A stretch of DNA of 64,000 nt from an uncultured Candidatus Saccharibacteria bacterium (GTDB lineage: Bacteria > Patescibacteriota > Saccharimonadia > Saccharimonadales > EFPC-124): positions 1,641 to 65,640 of the forward strand of contig CBDDBE010000001.1 in NCBI GenBank assembly GCA_965225085.1, in the 5' to 3' direction. Of this stretch, positions 40,158 through 49,257 are shown piece after piece. The first letter of the stretch is position 1; each line of letters starts with the position of its first letter. The notes beneath the pieces were generated by a model. It had not been told where the DNA came from. It saw nothing but the letters and a program-made list of their open reading frames with translations, and ran no database searches. Both the position numbers and the translations under genes were made by a program.

Positions 40158-41078
40158 GTGAGGAGCGTGCGCAGAAAAAACACCGCACCCATCACGGTCG
40201 TTGTAACCCATTCAAAGGATCCCGAATTGGGTTCGCTCTTGAGCTTCACGAGCAGGTCATTCATGGGGCACGCTATCGCCTTGTTGAGGTTCGCAAATGC
40301 CGTCAAGTCGGTAGACCCTCATCATCGCATCGATTGCGAGCTAGTTGGGACGACAATAACGATTCGTCGGCTACGGATTTTGCCGGACGCAGTACCGCTG
40401 ACCCTGGATGAAGTGTCCGCCGCGTTGCGCGCAGCAGTCCAGTCCCAAGGACTCAACTGGGAGCTCAAGTTTCGAGAAGTCACTGATCCGATCGCGACCG
40501 AGGATCCACGCGCCCAGGTGCAGCCGACACGCCCCTCCGCGGACAGGCGTCAGGCCAGGCTAAAGCCAGTTCCTACGCCCCAACCCGCAGCTCCACGGCA
40601 GGAACCTGAACGACCGCGACGCGAGCAGCCGGCTCGACAGCGACCGGAAGCGGTCCAACGTCCAGCACCATCACCGGCTCAACCGCAACAACCTGAGCGG
40701 CGGCTTCACGCGGTTCCGTCACCTCAGCCCGCGACTCCACCACGGCAGCCAAGCCAAGGTTCCGGCTGGAAGGTGCCTCGCAGGAGCCACGGGGTCAGGG
40801 TCTCCTTGGCGTACAGTCGCCTGCCGAGCGCCAGAAACGACATAGCATATCCCGCCATCGGCCTCAACGGCCCTAGGAGCGAAGACGGAATCGAACTCCG
40901 CAGGCTCTGTGCCGCCGCCGACTACGAGGTGACCTCGTCCGGCTATGGCGCCACGGTCATTGTCATGAAGCAATTGGCCGTAGGTGACTCCGCGAAGCGA
41001 GAGGCGCATCGAGTCCTCATGGCGTTTGTTGAGGAGCTTGCACTCCACTTCAACTGGAGGCTGAGCCTCGAGCGCTGA
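40158..41078 (+). CDS. hypothetical protein with a central Pro/Gln/Arg-rich linker
   Basis: SD gggagtgaggag. Two ~95-aa globular ends flank about 100 aa of PxxP-rich low complexity. An alternative GTG start lies at 40167. Confidence 0.55.
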   Translation: MRSVRRKNTAPITVVVTHSKDPELGSLLSFTSRSFMGHAIALLRFANAVKSVDPHHRIDCELVGTTITIRRLRILPDAVPLTLDEVSAALRAAVQSQGLNWELKFREVTDPIATEDPRAQVQPTRPSADRRQARLKPVPTPQPAAPRQEPERPRREQPARQRPEAVQRPAPSPAQPQQPERRLHAVPSPQPATPPRQPSQGSGWKVPRRSHGVRVSLAYSRLPSARNDIAYPAIGLNGPRSEDGIELRRLCAAADYEVTSSGYGATVIVMKQLAVGDSAKREAHRVLMAFVEELALHFNWRLSLER

Positions 41079-41083
41079 GCAAC

Positions 41084-41147
41084 GCCGGCTGAAGCCGCCA
41101 GAGACGGGCCATTCCAGGCTCCTCTGGCGGCACAGTCCGGCCTTTTT
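41084..41147 (+). terminator. rho-independent terminator (compound hairpin plus TTTTT)
   Basis: ccgccagag/ctctggcgg inner stem, gccgg/ccggc outer stem, then ttttt. Confidence 0.6.
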
Positions 41148-41216
41148 AAACTCTACGAACTCATACTCGGAATTATCTCTCAGCGTTATCTCACGCTTGT
41201 TGTTATACTAGACGGC

Positions 41217-41468
41217 ATGGAAGCCTGGAAACAACACTGGCGCAGAACACCCCGTCCGGCCCGGCGCGTGATTGTGCTGGCGGTTGGCATTATCTGTATT
41301 ATAGCCGGAGCTATCATGCTCGTCCTGCCCGGACCCGGCTGGGCAACCATCTTCCTGGGGCTCGCCATCCTGGCAACAGAGTTCGAACGTGCCGAACGAT
41401 TTCGCTCACGTCTTCTTAAACGACTCCAGCGCGCCATCAAGGGTTTTACTCCTCGCAGGAAGCATTAG
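41217..41468 (+). CDS. PGPGW domain-containing small membrane protein
   Basis: IIAGAIMLVLPGPGWATIFLGLAILATEFERAE contains the PGPGW motif. Confidence 0.75.
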   Translation: MEAWKQHWRRTPRPARRVIVLAVGIICIIAGAIMLVLPGPGWATIFLGLAILATEFERAERFRSRLLKRLQRAIKGFTPRRKH

Positions 41469-41550
41469 CATATTCATATCATTGCGGCTTATGCAACTTC
41501 GTGATAATATACAGTCAAATCTTTAGTACATAACGAGGTGGTCTACATAC

Positions 41551-42183
41551 ATGCGATACGTCATTGGGTTCAGCTTTGCTGCGCTGGCTATTTGGGTGGT
41601 TCAAACAACCGGCATTCTGACGGCTTTGCTTGTATTTGTCGCAGTCGGCTCAGTACCGGGCACCGCCATCACCGTATCACCCCATGTAATGCTAATCTCG
41701 CTTGCCATAATGACGGTAGCAGTTGGGTTCTGGATCAAACGCATACAGTTCTCTCACCGCATGCAAAACATTGAGCAAAAGCAAACTCGCCAAGCAAATG
41801 AGAGCTCCAAGCCTGCAATATTTGCCGCGGTCTATGCCCGAGCATTCGCTACCGCACGCCAGGTGGCCAGCATAAGCAAAGGTCGTGCCGCTGCAGGGCT
41901 CCGACGCTTATCCGACACAAGCAACAAGGCGTTAGCTACTATCACTGCCGCGCTCCGAGCAGCAGCCAAAAGAATTTTCGACTGGGCGCGCCCTCGTCTA
42001 AATCAGTTGGCGCGGCAGGTCATCTACTCAGCAAAAGGCACAATACTCTCAGCCCACAAATGGAGCTCGCTCAGCAAAAAAGCCTGGGCGTCAGTCGCCC
42101 CTTTGCTGAGCCGCTGTAGTTCGCTGCTGAAACGTGGCAGGTCATTTGCGATGCGCGATGCACGCAAGTCTTCCCAAGCTTGA
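41551..42183 (+). CDS. hypothetical membrane protein (3' 160 nt overlaps the convergent sbcB)
   Basis: SD gaggtgg. Two N-terminal TMs, then a basic Ala/Ser/Arg-rich tail. Confidence 0.5.
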   Translation: MRYVIGFSFAALAIWVVQTTGILTALLVFVAVGSVPGTAITVSPHVMLISLAIMTVAVGFWIKRIQFSHRMQNIEQKQTRQANESSKPAIFAAVYARAFATARQVASISKGRAAAGLRRLSDTSNKALATITAALRAAAKRIFDWARPRLNQLARQVIYSAKGTILSAHKWSSLSKKAWASVAPLLSRCSSLLKRGRSFAMRDARKSSQA

Positions 42184-43445
42184 CGCTCATCTTGACTCAA
42201 ACTCTGGGGATAATTGCGCGCCTTGTACCTGAGCAATAACGCTGCAAGTCGTTCGTCGCCAAATTCAGGGCGGAAATCCTTCAGCCCACCCGAATCGGCG
42301 GCTCGTACGGCGCTCATCTTGATCTTATCGCCGTCGCCTACAAACCCGTTGTACAGCGCGGCATCGACGTCCTTGGCTTTGGGAAATGCCGCACCACGCG
42401 CAAATACATCGCGAAACCTATCCATCAAGGCAGAATTACGCACCAGCGCCGAAAGGTGCTTCTCGACTGTAGCAATAGTTAGCCCTATGCGCGCCTGCGC
42501 CGCCTCGTCCAATACGCCTATCGGCGCGACAGCCGGGCACTTGTTGGGGCTCAACTCCTTGACCGGTAGCGGCATAAAACCATCAATCTGTCGGTCTTCC
42601 CACTTGGCAAAACGAATCTTTTTCAAATCATCGAGCGATTTGTCGGTCCAATTCGACGGGTCTGCCGACAAATCATACACCAGCACCGACCCGGGCTTGC
42701 TGCCAGGCCCAATTGGCAAGGCTACTGTCGTGTGCAGTCGATTCTTGGGGTATCGGCCCGAGCTATAGACAAACGGCTTAGGATCATCGAGGTTAACAAG
42801 TTTAGCAACCTCTTTTTTATCCCGCATCTTGCACAGGTAGTCGAACAGTTGTGGCTGCTTGATCTTGATCAGCTTCGCCACGCCAATTAGGGCCACCACG
42901 TCGCTGAGCGCGTCGTGCGCTTGCTCGTGGTCAAGGCCATTAACGGCAGATAATTTCTCTAACCGGTTCATCGGTTGCCCGTTCTCATCAAATGGCCACT
43001 CAATGCCGTCCGGCCGAAGCGCACGCGTCATCCGTACCACATCCAGCATGTCCCAACGCGAGCGATCGTCTCGCCAGCTCCACTCATACGGATCGTGGAA
43101 GTTCCGGTACAGCGTATACCGCATAAATTCATCGTCGAACCGAACGCTATTGAAGCCCAGGATAGTCGTACCCGGCGTAAAGACTTGCTCGAATAGCAGT
43201 CGGCTAAAATCTGCCTCACTGTAGCCTTCGTCCCGAGTCTTCTGAGGCGTAATGCCGGTCAGCACTATCGCGGCTGGATCAGGCAGAACCTCGTCAGTCA
43301 GGGCAACCAGCACGTTGATAGGATCACCTATCGGATTCATATCCATATCAGTACGCTGACCGGCAAATTGCATAATGCGCTGCGATTTGGGATCAAACCC
43401 GGACGTTTCGAGGTCGTAAAAAAAGAATGTAGGTTGGCTATTCAC
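42024..43445 (-). CDS. sbcB: exodeoxyribonuclease I
   Basis: FFFYDLETSGFDPKSQRIMQFAGQR (DEDDh Exo I motif), HDALSDV; 473 aa; GTG start. Confidence 0.9.
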   Translation of the reverse strand: MNSQPTFFFYDLETSGFDPKSQRIMQFAGQRTDMDMNPIGDPINVLVALTDEVLPDPAAIVLTGITPQKTRDEGYSEADFSRLLFEQVFTPGTTILGFNSVRFDDEFMRYTLYRNFHDPYEWSWRDDRSRWDMLDVVRMTRALRPDGIEWPFDENGQPMNRLEKLSAVNGLDHEQAHDALSDVVALIGVAKLIKIKQPQLFDYLCKMRDKKEVAKLVNLDDPKPFVYSSGRYPKNRLHTTVALPIGPGSKPGSVLVYDLSADPSNWTDKSLDDLKKIRFAKWEDRQIDGFMPLPVKELSPNKCPAVAPIGVLDEAAQARIGLTIATVEKHLSALVRNSALMDRFRDVFARGAAFPKAKDVDAALYNGFVGDGDKIKMSAVRAADSGGLKDFRPEFGDERLAALLLRYKARNYPQSLSQDERQAWEDLRASRIANDLPRFSSELQRLSKGATDAQAFLLSELHLWAESIVPFAE

Positions 43446-43509
43446 TCCACCAGTGTAGCGTACTCTGGGCGGAAATTAAAAAATGCCCCATACAGGACAA
43501 CATGATTCT

Positions 43510-43820
43510 TGAAAAGTTGAATGCCCGGCAGCTCACCTCAGATGAGGAGGCTGCCGGGCTTAAGTGGTGAAGGTCTACGCCCATGCGTCTCGTCAGACGT
43601 TATCGGGTCGAAGTCTCGTCACCGGCATTAGGAACACGCATGCAGTACTGCAACAGGAAGGGGCATTTTGCCCCAGAACCAACCGATGCGGCATGAAGCC
43701 GCCGATCCCTGAAGCCATCATGAACGGTTTATAGCCGCCCTTAGGCTTATTAAAGCGAACCCTTGCTAGCAACCTACGTTGCTACCGTGCAGCACGCAGA
43801 CCCGAAGGTGCTAACGTGAC
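43510..43820 (-). ncRNA. candidate structured ncRNA A (~310 nt), class unassigned
   Basis: Minus-strand promoter TTGACT(43855-43850)-17-TATTAT(43832-43827). No ORF of 60 aa or more. Many local hairpins (GGGGCAAAAUGCCCC, GCAGUACUGC, UAGCAAC/GUUGCUA, GCGGC/GCCGC, CGUCU/AGACG). An 8-bp pairing, GGUCUGCG/CGUAGACC, links the 5' and 3' ends. A terminator hairpin lies at 43523-43559 followed by CTTTTC. Confidence 0.4.
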
Positions 43821-43909
43821 TTTTGTATAATAATGCATTTATGAAATAAAGTCAAGTATTTTTGTATATTTTCGCACATATTCCTCCCAAATCAGGGGTC
43901 AGCTTACTT

Positions 43910-44136
43910 CACAAAAGTAAAAGGGCCCGGCAAATCTCATAAAAATGAGAGATGCCGGGCCGTAACGGGCAGGTGTCGCAGGCGATCAGCCTCGTCAGGC
44001 GTATGCCCATTTGCGAACACGCAACCCGTCTCCCCCAGGGAGGCCCGTCCCACCAGCGGGCGTGTGGTTTGCTTGTAGCGACAGCCATGAGGCCGTCTGA
44101 ATCGACAAGGACCCGCCCGAGCACGATCGCGCTCGG
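43910..44136 (-). ncRNA. candidate structured ncRNA B (~230 nt), rod-like fold (6S-like?), class unassigned
   Basis: Minus-strand TTGACT(44189-44184)-17-TAGTAT(44166-44161) and an extended -10 TGGTATAAT (44151-44143). Long-range pairings CGGGCGGG/CCUGCCCG, UGUCG/CGACA, ACACGC/GCGUGU and CUCCC/GGGAG form an irregular rod. Terminator at 43924-43961 followed by CTTTTACTTTTG. Confidence 0.4.
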
Positions 44137-44223
44137 TGCGTTATTATACCACTAGAATAGATACTATAACGCAAATTTGATAAAGTCAAGACTTTCTAAT
44201 ACATTTCGAAGAATATACAACTA

Positions 44224-45579
<1,356 letters not shown>

Positions 45580-45620
45580 TCAAGTTTCAGAAACGCACGA
45601 CGATCCAAGGAGAGTTAAAC

Positions 45621-46100
45621 GTGCCCGACACAGATGTCACGATCGAGGTCTTCGCGGCGAACGCGCACCTAAGCCCGGAGTTCATAAGGGCACTTGGTGC
45701 TACCACGGACGACCAGTCAAAACTCGTCTACAAGGGAACGATGTTTCACATCGTGCGCGAAGGCGGACAGATCAGCGCCGCCAAGGTGATCCTCGCCGGC
45801 GCCAACGCCGCTCTGCCTCCCGTCTTCGAGGACGAGCTGAGGGTGAACTTCGTGGTTCTGCGCAGTACTGTTCCGGCGGATATCCAAGCCGCAACTGGCT
45901 GGTACGTTGGAGCGAACTTTGGGCTCCCGGGCGCCGCTTGCTGCATTGACCCGAAGGGCGAAAGGAACCAGGGCGTGCCCCAGATCTACGCCAATGGCGA
46001 TGATTTCGCCTCCGTCGTTACACTGTTCCTGAGCGTCATGGAAGGTCGCATGACACCCGGCGACGAGAACGACAGATGGAGTGGAACCGTCCGACGCTGA
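45621..46100 (+). CDS. hypothetical protein
   Basis: GTG start 6 nt after SD aaggagag, 159 aa. No family recognised; followed by two hairpins. Confidence 0.5.
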   Translation: MPDTDVTIEVFAANAHLSPEFIRALGATTDDQSKLVYKGTMFHIVREGGQISAAKVILAGANAALPPVFEDELRVNFVVLRSTVPADIQAATGWYVGANFGLPGAACCIDPKGERNQGVPQIYANGDDFASVVTLFLSVMEGRMTPGDENDRWSGTVRR

Positions 46101-46106
46101 ACGACT

Positions 46107-46153
46107 GGCTCATGCCGCCGCCTAGCCCAACCAGGCGGGCGACGGCATGAGCC
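46107..46153 (+). terminator. GC hairpin (11-bp outer stem)
   Basis: ggctcatgccg ... cggcatgagcc with an inner ccgcc/ggcgg stem. Confidence 0.45.
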
Positions 46154-46174
46154 TGCACGAATGAGCTTATACCC

Positions 46175-46215
46175 CAATACAGTCTGCGAAATTCACTGCA
46201 GGCTGTATTGTTTTT
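46175..46215. terminator. rho-independent terminator between convergent genes
   Basis: caatacag-t-ctgc ... gcag-g-ctgtattg followed by TTTTT. Confidence 0.6.
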
Positions 46216-46232
46216 CAGCAGGCACGAAGGTC

Positions 46233-47255
46233 CTAATGAATGTAGTTATAGCTACCCGCCGACGAAGCTGAAACATCACGGGTCGAGATGATGTTCCATC
46301 CTACCCAGTTCATATCCGTAACCGACAAACTGCCGTCGCCATTGACCCGCTCTACAATGCCTACGTGGCCATAGCCACCCCAGCCCCCGCCGTTCTGGAT
46401 GACGGCGCCAACCTCGGGCGTATGGTCTACGCGGAAGCCAGCAGCACGCGCCATGACAGCCCAACTCACGGCATTGCCCCAGTTACCGCCGATCGGACGA
46501 CCAATCTCGGCGCGACGGTTGTAGGCATAGTACGTACAGTAGCCGTAAGCGTATCCGTTACCGGAAACAAGCGGAATAGACAGCGACGTTGCAACCGCAT
46601 TTGCAGAGCTAGCCGCGTAGGTACGTGGTGCAACGTATCCAGGACGTTCGCTCTCGGGCAAGATGCCATCAGGAATAATGATCTGCTGACCAGTCTTTAA
46701 GCCTGTTAGTTCTGCGTCGTTAAAGGTGATAATACGATCTTTATCGGCCTGATATTTGCTGGCAAGCGAATCGGCGTTATCGCCATTCTTGACCGTGTAG
46801 AGCACACCTGTAACGCTTGGGATCTGCAAGGTTGCGCCAGGGGTAAGCGAATCCGAAGTAAGCTTGTTGGCCCATCGAATGGTATCTTCGGAGATGCCAA
46901 GCGCAGCGGCAACTGACTTGACATTGTCGCCAGATTTAACGGTATAGGTAGACACGCCTTTACGGCCGGTGGTCTGGCTGACAATTTGAGGTTTGCTGAT
47001 GAAGGTATTGTCGGCCTGCGCCAGGTCAGTCTTGCTGTTGAGTGAAATTGCAAGGCTTGCAACGTTGGCGCTTACCAGCATGTCGGTGTTTTGCGCCGCA
47101 GACACTGCGACATCGGCCGCTGCGATCTGGTCAACACTGGGAGAAGCCTGCTCCAAAATGGACGAACTACTGGATTGGCTAGCCTCGACAGGCGCTCGGT
47201 AGCCAATCGCGACAATCGCGACAATAAACGCCACAACAACAATCTGCGACGTCAC
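46233..47255 (-). CDS. LysM (x2) plus CHAP domain peptidoglycan hydrolase
   Basis: Two LysM repeats (YTVKSGDNVKSVAAALGISEDTIRWANKL; YTVKNGDNADSLASKYQADKDRIITFND). C-terminal CHAP (YGYCTYYAYNRRA...GHVGIVERV). The GTG start at 47255 is the first canonical start, but the frame stays open to 47426. Confidence 0.85.
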   Translation of the reverse strand: MTSQIVVVAFIVAIVAIGYRAPVEASQSSSSSILEQASPSVDQIAAADVAVSAAQNTDMLVSANVASLAISLNSKTDLAQADNTFISKPQIVSQTTGRKGVSTYTVKSGDNVKSVAAALGISEDTIRWANKLTSDSLTPGATLQIPSVTGVLYTVKNGDNADSLASKYQADKDRIITFNDAELTGLKTGQQIIIPDGILPESERPGYVAPRTYAASSANAVATSLSIPLVSGNGYAYGYCTYYAYNRRAEIGRPIGGNWGNAVSWAVMARAAGFRVDHTPEVGAVIQNGGGWGGYGHVGIVERVNGDGSLSVTDMNWVGWNIISTRDVSASSAGSYNYIH

Positions 47256-47405
47256 GAGGGCAAAATTAAGTTTCTTGGTGCGACCACGAAGTCGCTCCGC
47301 ATTCGATGATGCGTACTTAGTAGCAATCTCTTTGAGTTTCTGGCTATCAGGTGGGGTTAGAGTGGCACGTTGTTGTGCCTGGCCCAGAGCAATATTGTTA
47401 CTAAT

Positions 47406-47642
47406 ATGTGTCTCCGTTGCTGCACGTCACCATGCAGCTATTTAGCTTCCGTTCGTGTCTTGCTTCCAGATGTAATGGAACAGAGATGCGTCGACCATAA
47501 GTGCTATTACTTGAAAAATCTTTTGTAGCATCTCGTACGACACGACTTGGGAAGAACACTAGTGTACGGTGAAATCGCTTATGGCTATTCACCCACCCAA
47601 GCGTACAAAAACCATTGTACGTCCTGTTGACAAGGGTGTCAA
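47406..47642 (-). promoter_or_regulatory. strong promoter (TTGACA-17-TACAAT) plus ~200-nt structured 5' leader of the LysM/CHAP gene
   Basis: -35 at 47642-47637 and -10 at 47619-47614. Leader helices: GUACG-CUUGGG/CCCAAG...CGUAC, GGUGAA/UUCACC, GAGAUGC/GCAUCUC, UUCCA/UGGAA, GCUGCA/UGCAGC. Partial resemblance to ydaO-type blocks (GGGUGAAUAG, CGAACGGAAGCUAA). Confidence 0.4.
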
Positions 47643-47663
47643 TATATTCCAAAGGATGTTTCG

Positions 47664-48848
47664 TTACTGAGAACATAGCTGCGTGCAGTACTGTTTTACG
47701 TTTGCTTCGTGCTCTTGCTCGGTCCGGGCGAAATGCGTCACGCCATCGTCGCCTGCCACGAAATAGAGATAATCGCCAGAGGCTGGATCGGCCACGGCGT
47801 CCAGAGCATCAATGGTAAAGTTAGCGATCGCGCCGGGCGGCAGGCCTGCATTTTTGCGGGTATTGTATGGCGAGTCAAGATTTGGCGTAGCCGGCTGGCC
47901 AGTTAACTTAGCAGCGTACATGTAGGTCACATCCGATCCCAACGGCATACCTTGCGTCAAACGGCTCTCGAAGACCTGGGCGACCTGTCGGCGGTCGGTC
48001 GCGCGTGACACTTCCTTCTCGACAATTGACGCCAGCGTCACAGCCTGGTGCAAGCTCAGGCCACGCGCAGTTAGCTTGGACTGCAGACCTTCGGCTTGTA
48101 TCTTGGCGTAGAACTCATCGAATGTACGCCCAAGCAACTGCTCGACAGTCGTTTCAGAGGTGATCTGGTAGGTGTCAGGAAAGATGTAGCCCTCTAGATT
48201 GACGCTGGATGGCTTGGAGGCCAAAAGTGGATGATTGTAGGCCTTTGTATACGCCGCGTCTATATCAGCCGCAGCAAAGCCGTCCCGGACGAGTCTGTCT
48301 TTTGTCTGGACAAGTGTCTGGCCGGGCAGAATCGTAACATTAAAGGTGTCTACCTTACCGGCAATCAGCCAATCCAGCACTTCGTGTGCCGACAGGGTTG
48401 GCGATAGCAAATACGTACCAGCCTGGAGCTTGTTACGGTCACCGGACTGTTTGACCAGCCATTCAAAAGCGAAGCTACTTTTTATGACGCCACTCTTCTG
48501 TAACTGCTCGGCAATCTGGTTTGGCGTCGAGCCGGGGTCGATAACGACTCGAATACGCTCAGCGCTTGATGACTTGGGCTGGAGCGCATCGCTGTACCAT
48601 AGAAGTCCAGCCGCTACCGACCCTGCGATTACCAGAATAAGGGCGAGAATTACCCCCACAATCCACCATTTTTTGCGAGGTCGCTGCGCGCTTGGTGGAA
48701 GCAACGGCATCTTTTTGCCAGGCAATAGCAGTTCCTCGGGCACCGTAAGCGGCGTGATGTCCTCTTTTTCACTGGACGACGGCAGGTTTTTGGGTTCGTT
48801 TGTGGGCTTTGGGCGCCGCCTCAGCGGCCTCATGGGTCTAATGTCCAT
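47664..48848 (-). CDS. mltG: endolytic murein transglycosylase MltG (YceG-like)
   Basis: N-terminal TM (WWIVGVILALILVIAGSVAAGLLW), YceG domain (GTYLLSPTLSAHEVLD..., LASIVEKE, YNTRKNAGLPPGAIAN). Start uncertain: 48902, 48848 or 48833. Confidence 0.85.
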   Translation of the reverse strand: MDIRPMRPLRRRPKPTNEPKNLPSSSEKEDITPLTVPEELLLPGKKMPLLPPSAQRPRKKWWIVGVILALILVIAGSVAAGLLWYSDALQPKSSSAERIRVVIDPGSTPNQIAEQLQKSGVIKSSFAFEWLVKQSGDRNKLQAGTYLLSPTLSAHEVLDWLIAGKVDTFNVTILPGQTLVQTKDRLVRDGFAAADIDAAYTKAYNHPLLASKPSSVNLEGYIFPDTYQITSETTVEQLLGRTFDEFYAKIQAEGLQSKLTARGLSLHQAVTLASIVEKEVSRATDRRQVAQVFESRLTQGMPLGSDVTYMYAAKLTGQPATPNLDSPYNTRKNAGLPPGAIANFTIDALDAVADPASGDYLYFVAGDDGVTHFARTEQEHEANVKQYCTQLCSQ

Positions 48849-49257
48849 AGGTGGTCTCCATATAGTCCTGTAGGATAAACGTCGCAGCCAGGGCATCGAC
48901 ATCGGCTTTGACGTAGGGCTTTCCGCGCTGCTTCAGCTCGGCTTCAGCCTGAACGGAGGTCAGTGATTCGTCCTGAAAATGCACGGGCAGACGAAACCCG
49001 TTCAACCGCTGCACCACAAAATTCTTCACTACCTCTGTTTGCTCGGTAAGATCGCCCGACATATTGCGCGGCAAGCCCACGACGAACTGCGTCGCATCGT
49101 GCTCGAACATCAGCCGCTGAAGCCGTACAATCTCGGTTCCATCCACATCTAGCGTGGTCAGCGGGGCGGCCAATCTGCCAATGTCATCGGCCAGGGCCAC
49201 GCCTATGCGTCGCTCGCCGACATCCAATGCCAGTAGAACTTGCTTAGTTGCCACCAT
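48838..49257 (-). CDS. ruvX: Holliday junction resolvase RuvX (YqgF)
   Basis: LALDVGERRIGVALAD, VVGLPRNMSG, DESLTSV. Confidence 0.9.
   Translation of the reverse strand: MVATKQVLLALDVGERRIGVALADDIGRLAAPLTTLDVDGTEIVRLQRLMFEHDATQFVVGLPRNMSGDLTEQTEVVKNFVVQRLNGFRLPVHFQDESLTSVQAEAELKQRGKPYVKADVDALAATFILQDYMETTYGH

Noticed and set aside
40480-40780. Repetitive Pro-codon-rich DNA as a possible tandem repeat or CRISPR-like array
   Set aside because: There are no regularly spaced identical repeats. The periodicity is only codon-level (CCx/CAx/CGx) within an open reading frame. No cas genes occur anywhere in the window.
43505-43860. ncRNA A as RNase P RNA, tmRNA or SRP RNA
   Set aside because: On the plus strand, GAGGAGGCUGCCGGGC and GCAACAGGAAGG vaguely recall RNase P CR-I and J11/12. 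However, the universally conserved AAAGUCC and the CR-V ACAGAAxCCGGCUUA are missing, and the first motif is simply one arm of the terminator hairpin. A CACCA lies just before the terminator and a UAAUAA lies inside, which recalled tmRNA. But no T-arm, no GGG 5' acceptor strand and no plausible tag frame exists. No GGAA/AGCAGC SRP helix-8 motif is present.
43909-44189. ORFs 43909-44124(-), 43952-44155(+) and 43995-44189(-)
   Set aside because: They overlap each other inside the promoter/terminator-bounded RNA-like unit. They lack SDs and have Arg/Gly/Pro-rich compositions typical of GC-rich non-coding sequence.
47401-47676. 91-aa ORF on the minus strand between mltG and the LysM/CHAP gene
   Set aside because: It would start inside the mltG 3' end and span the promoter and the helical leader. 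It has no SD and an implausible composition. It is better explained as a non-coding leader.
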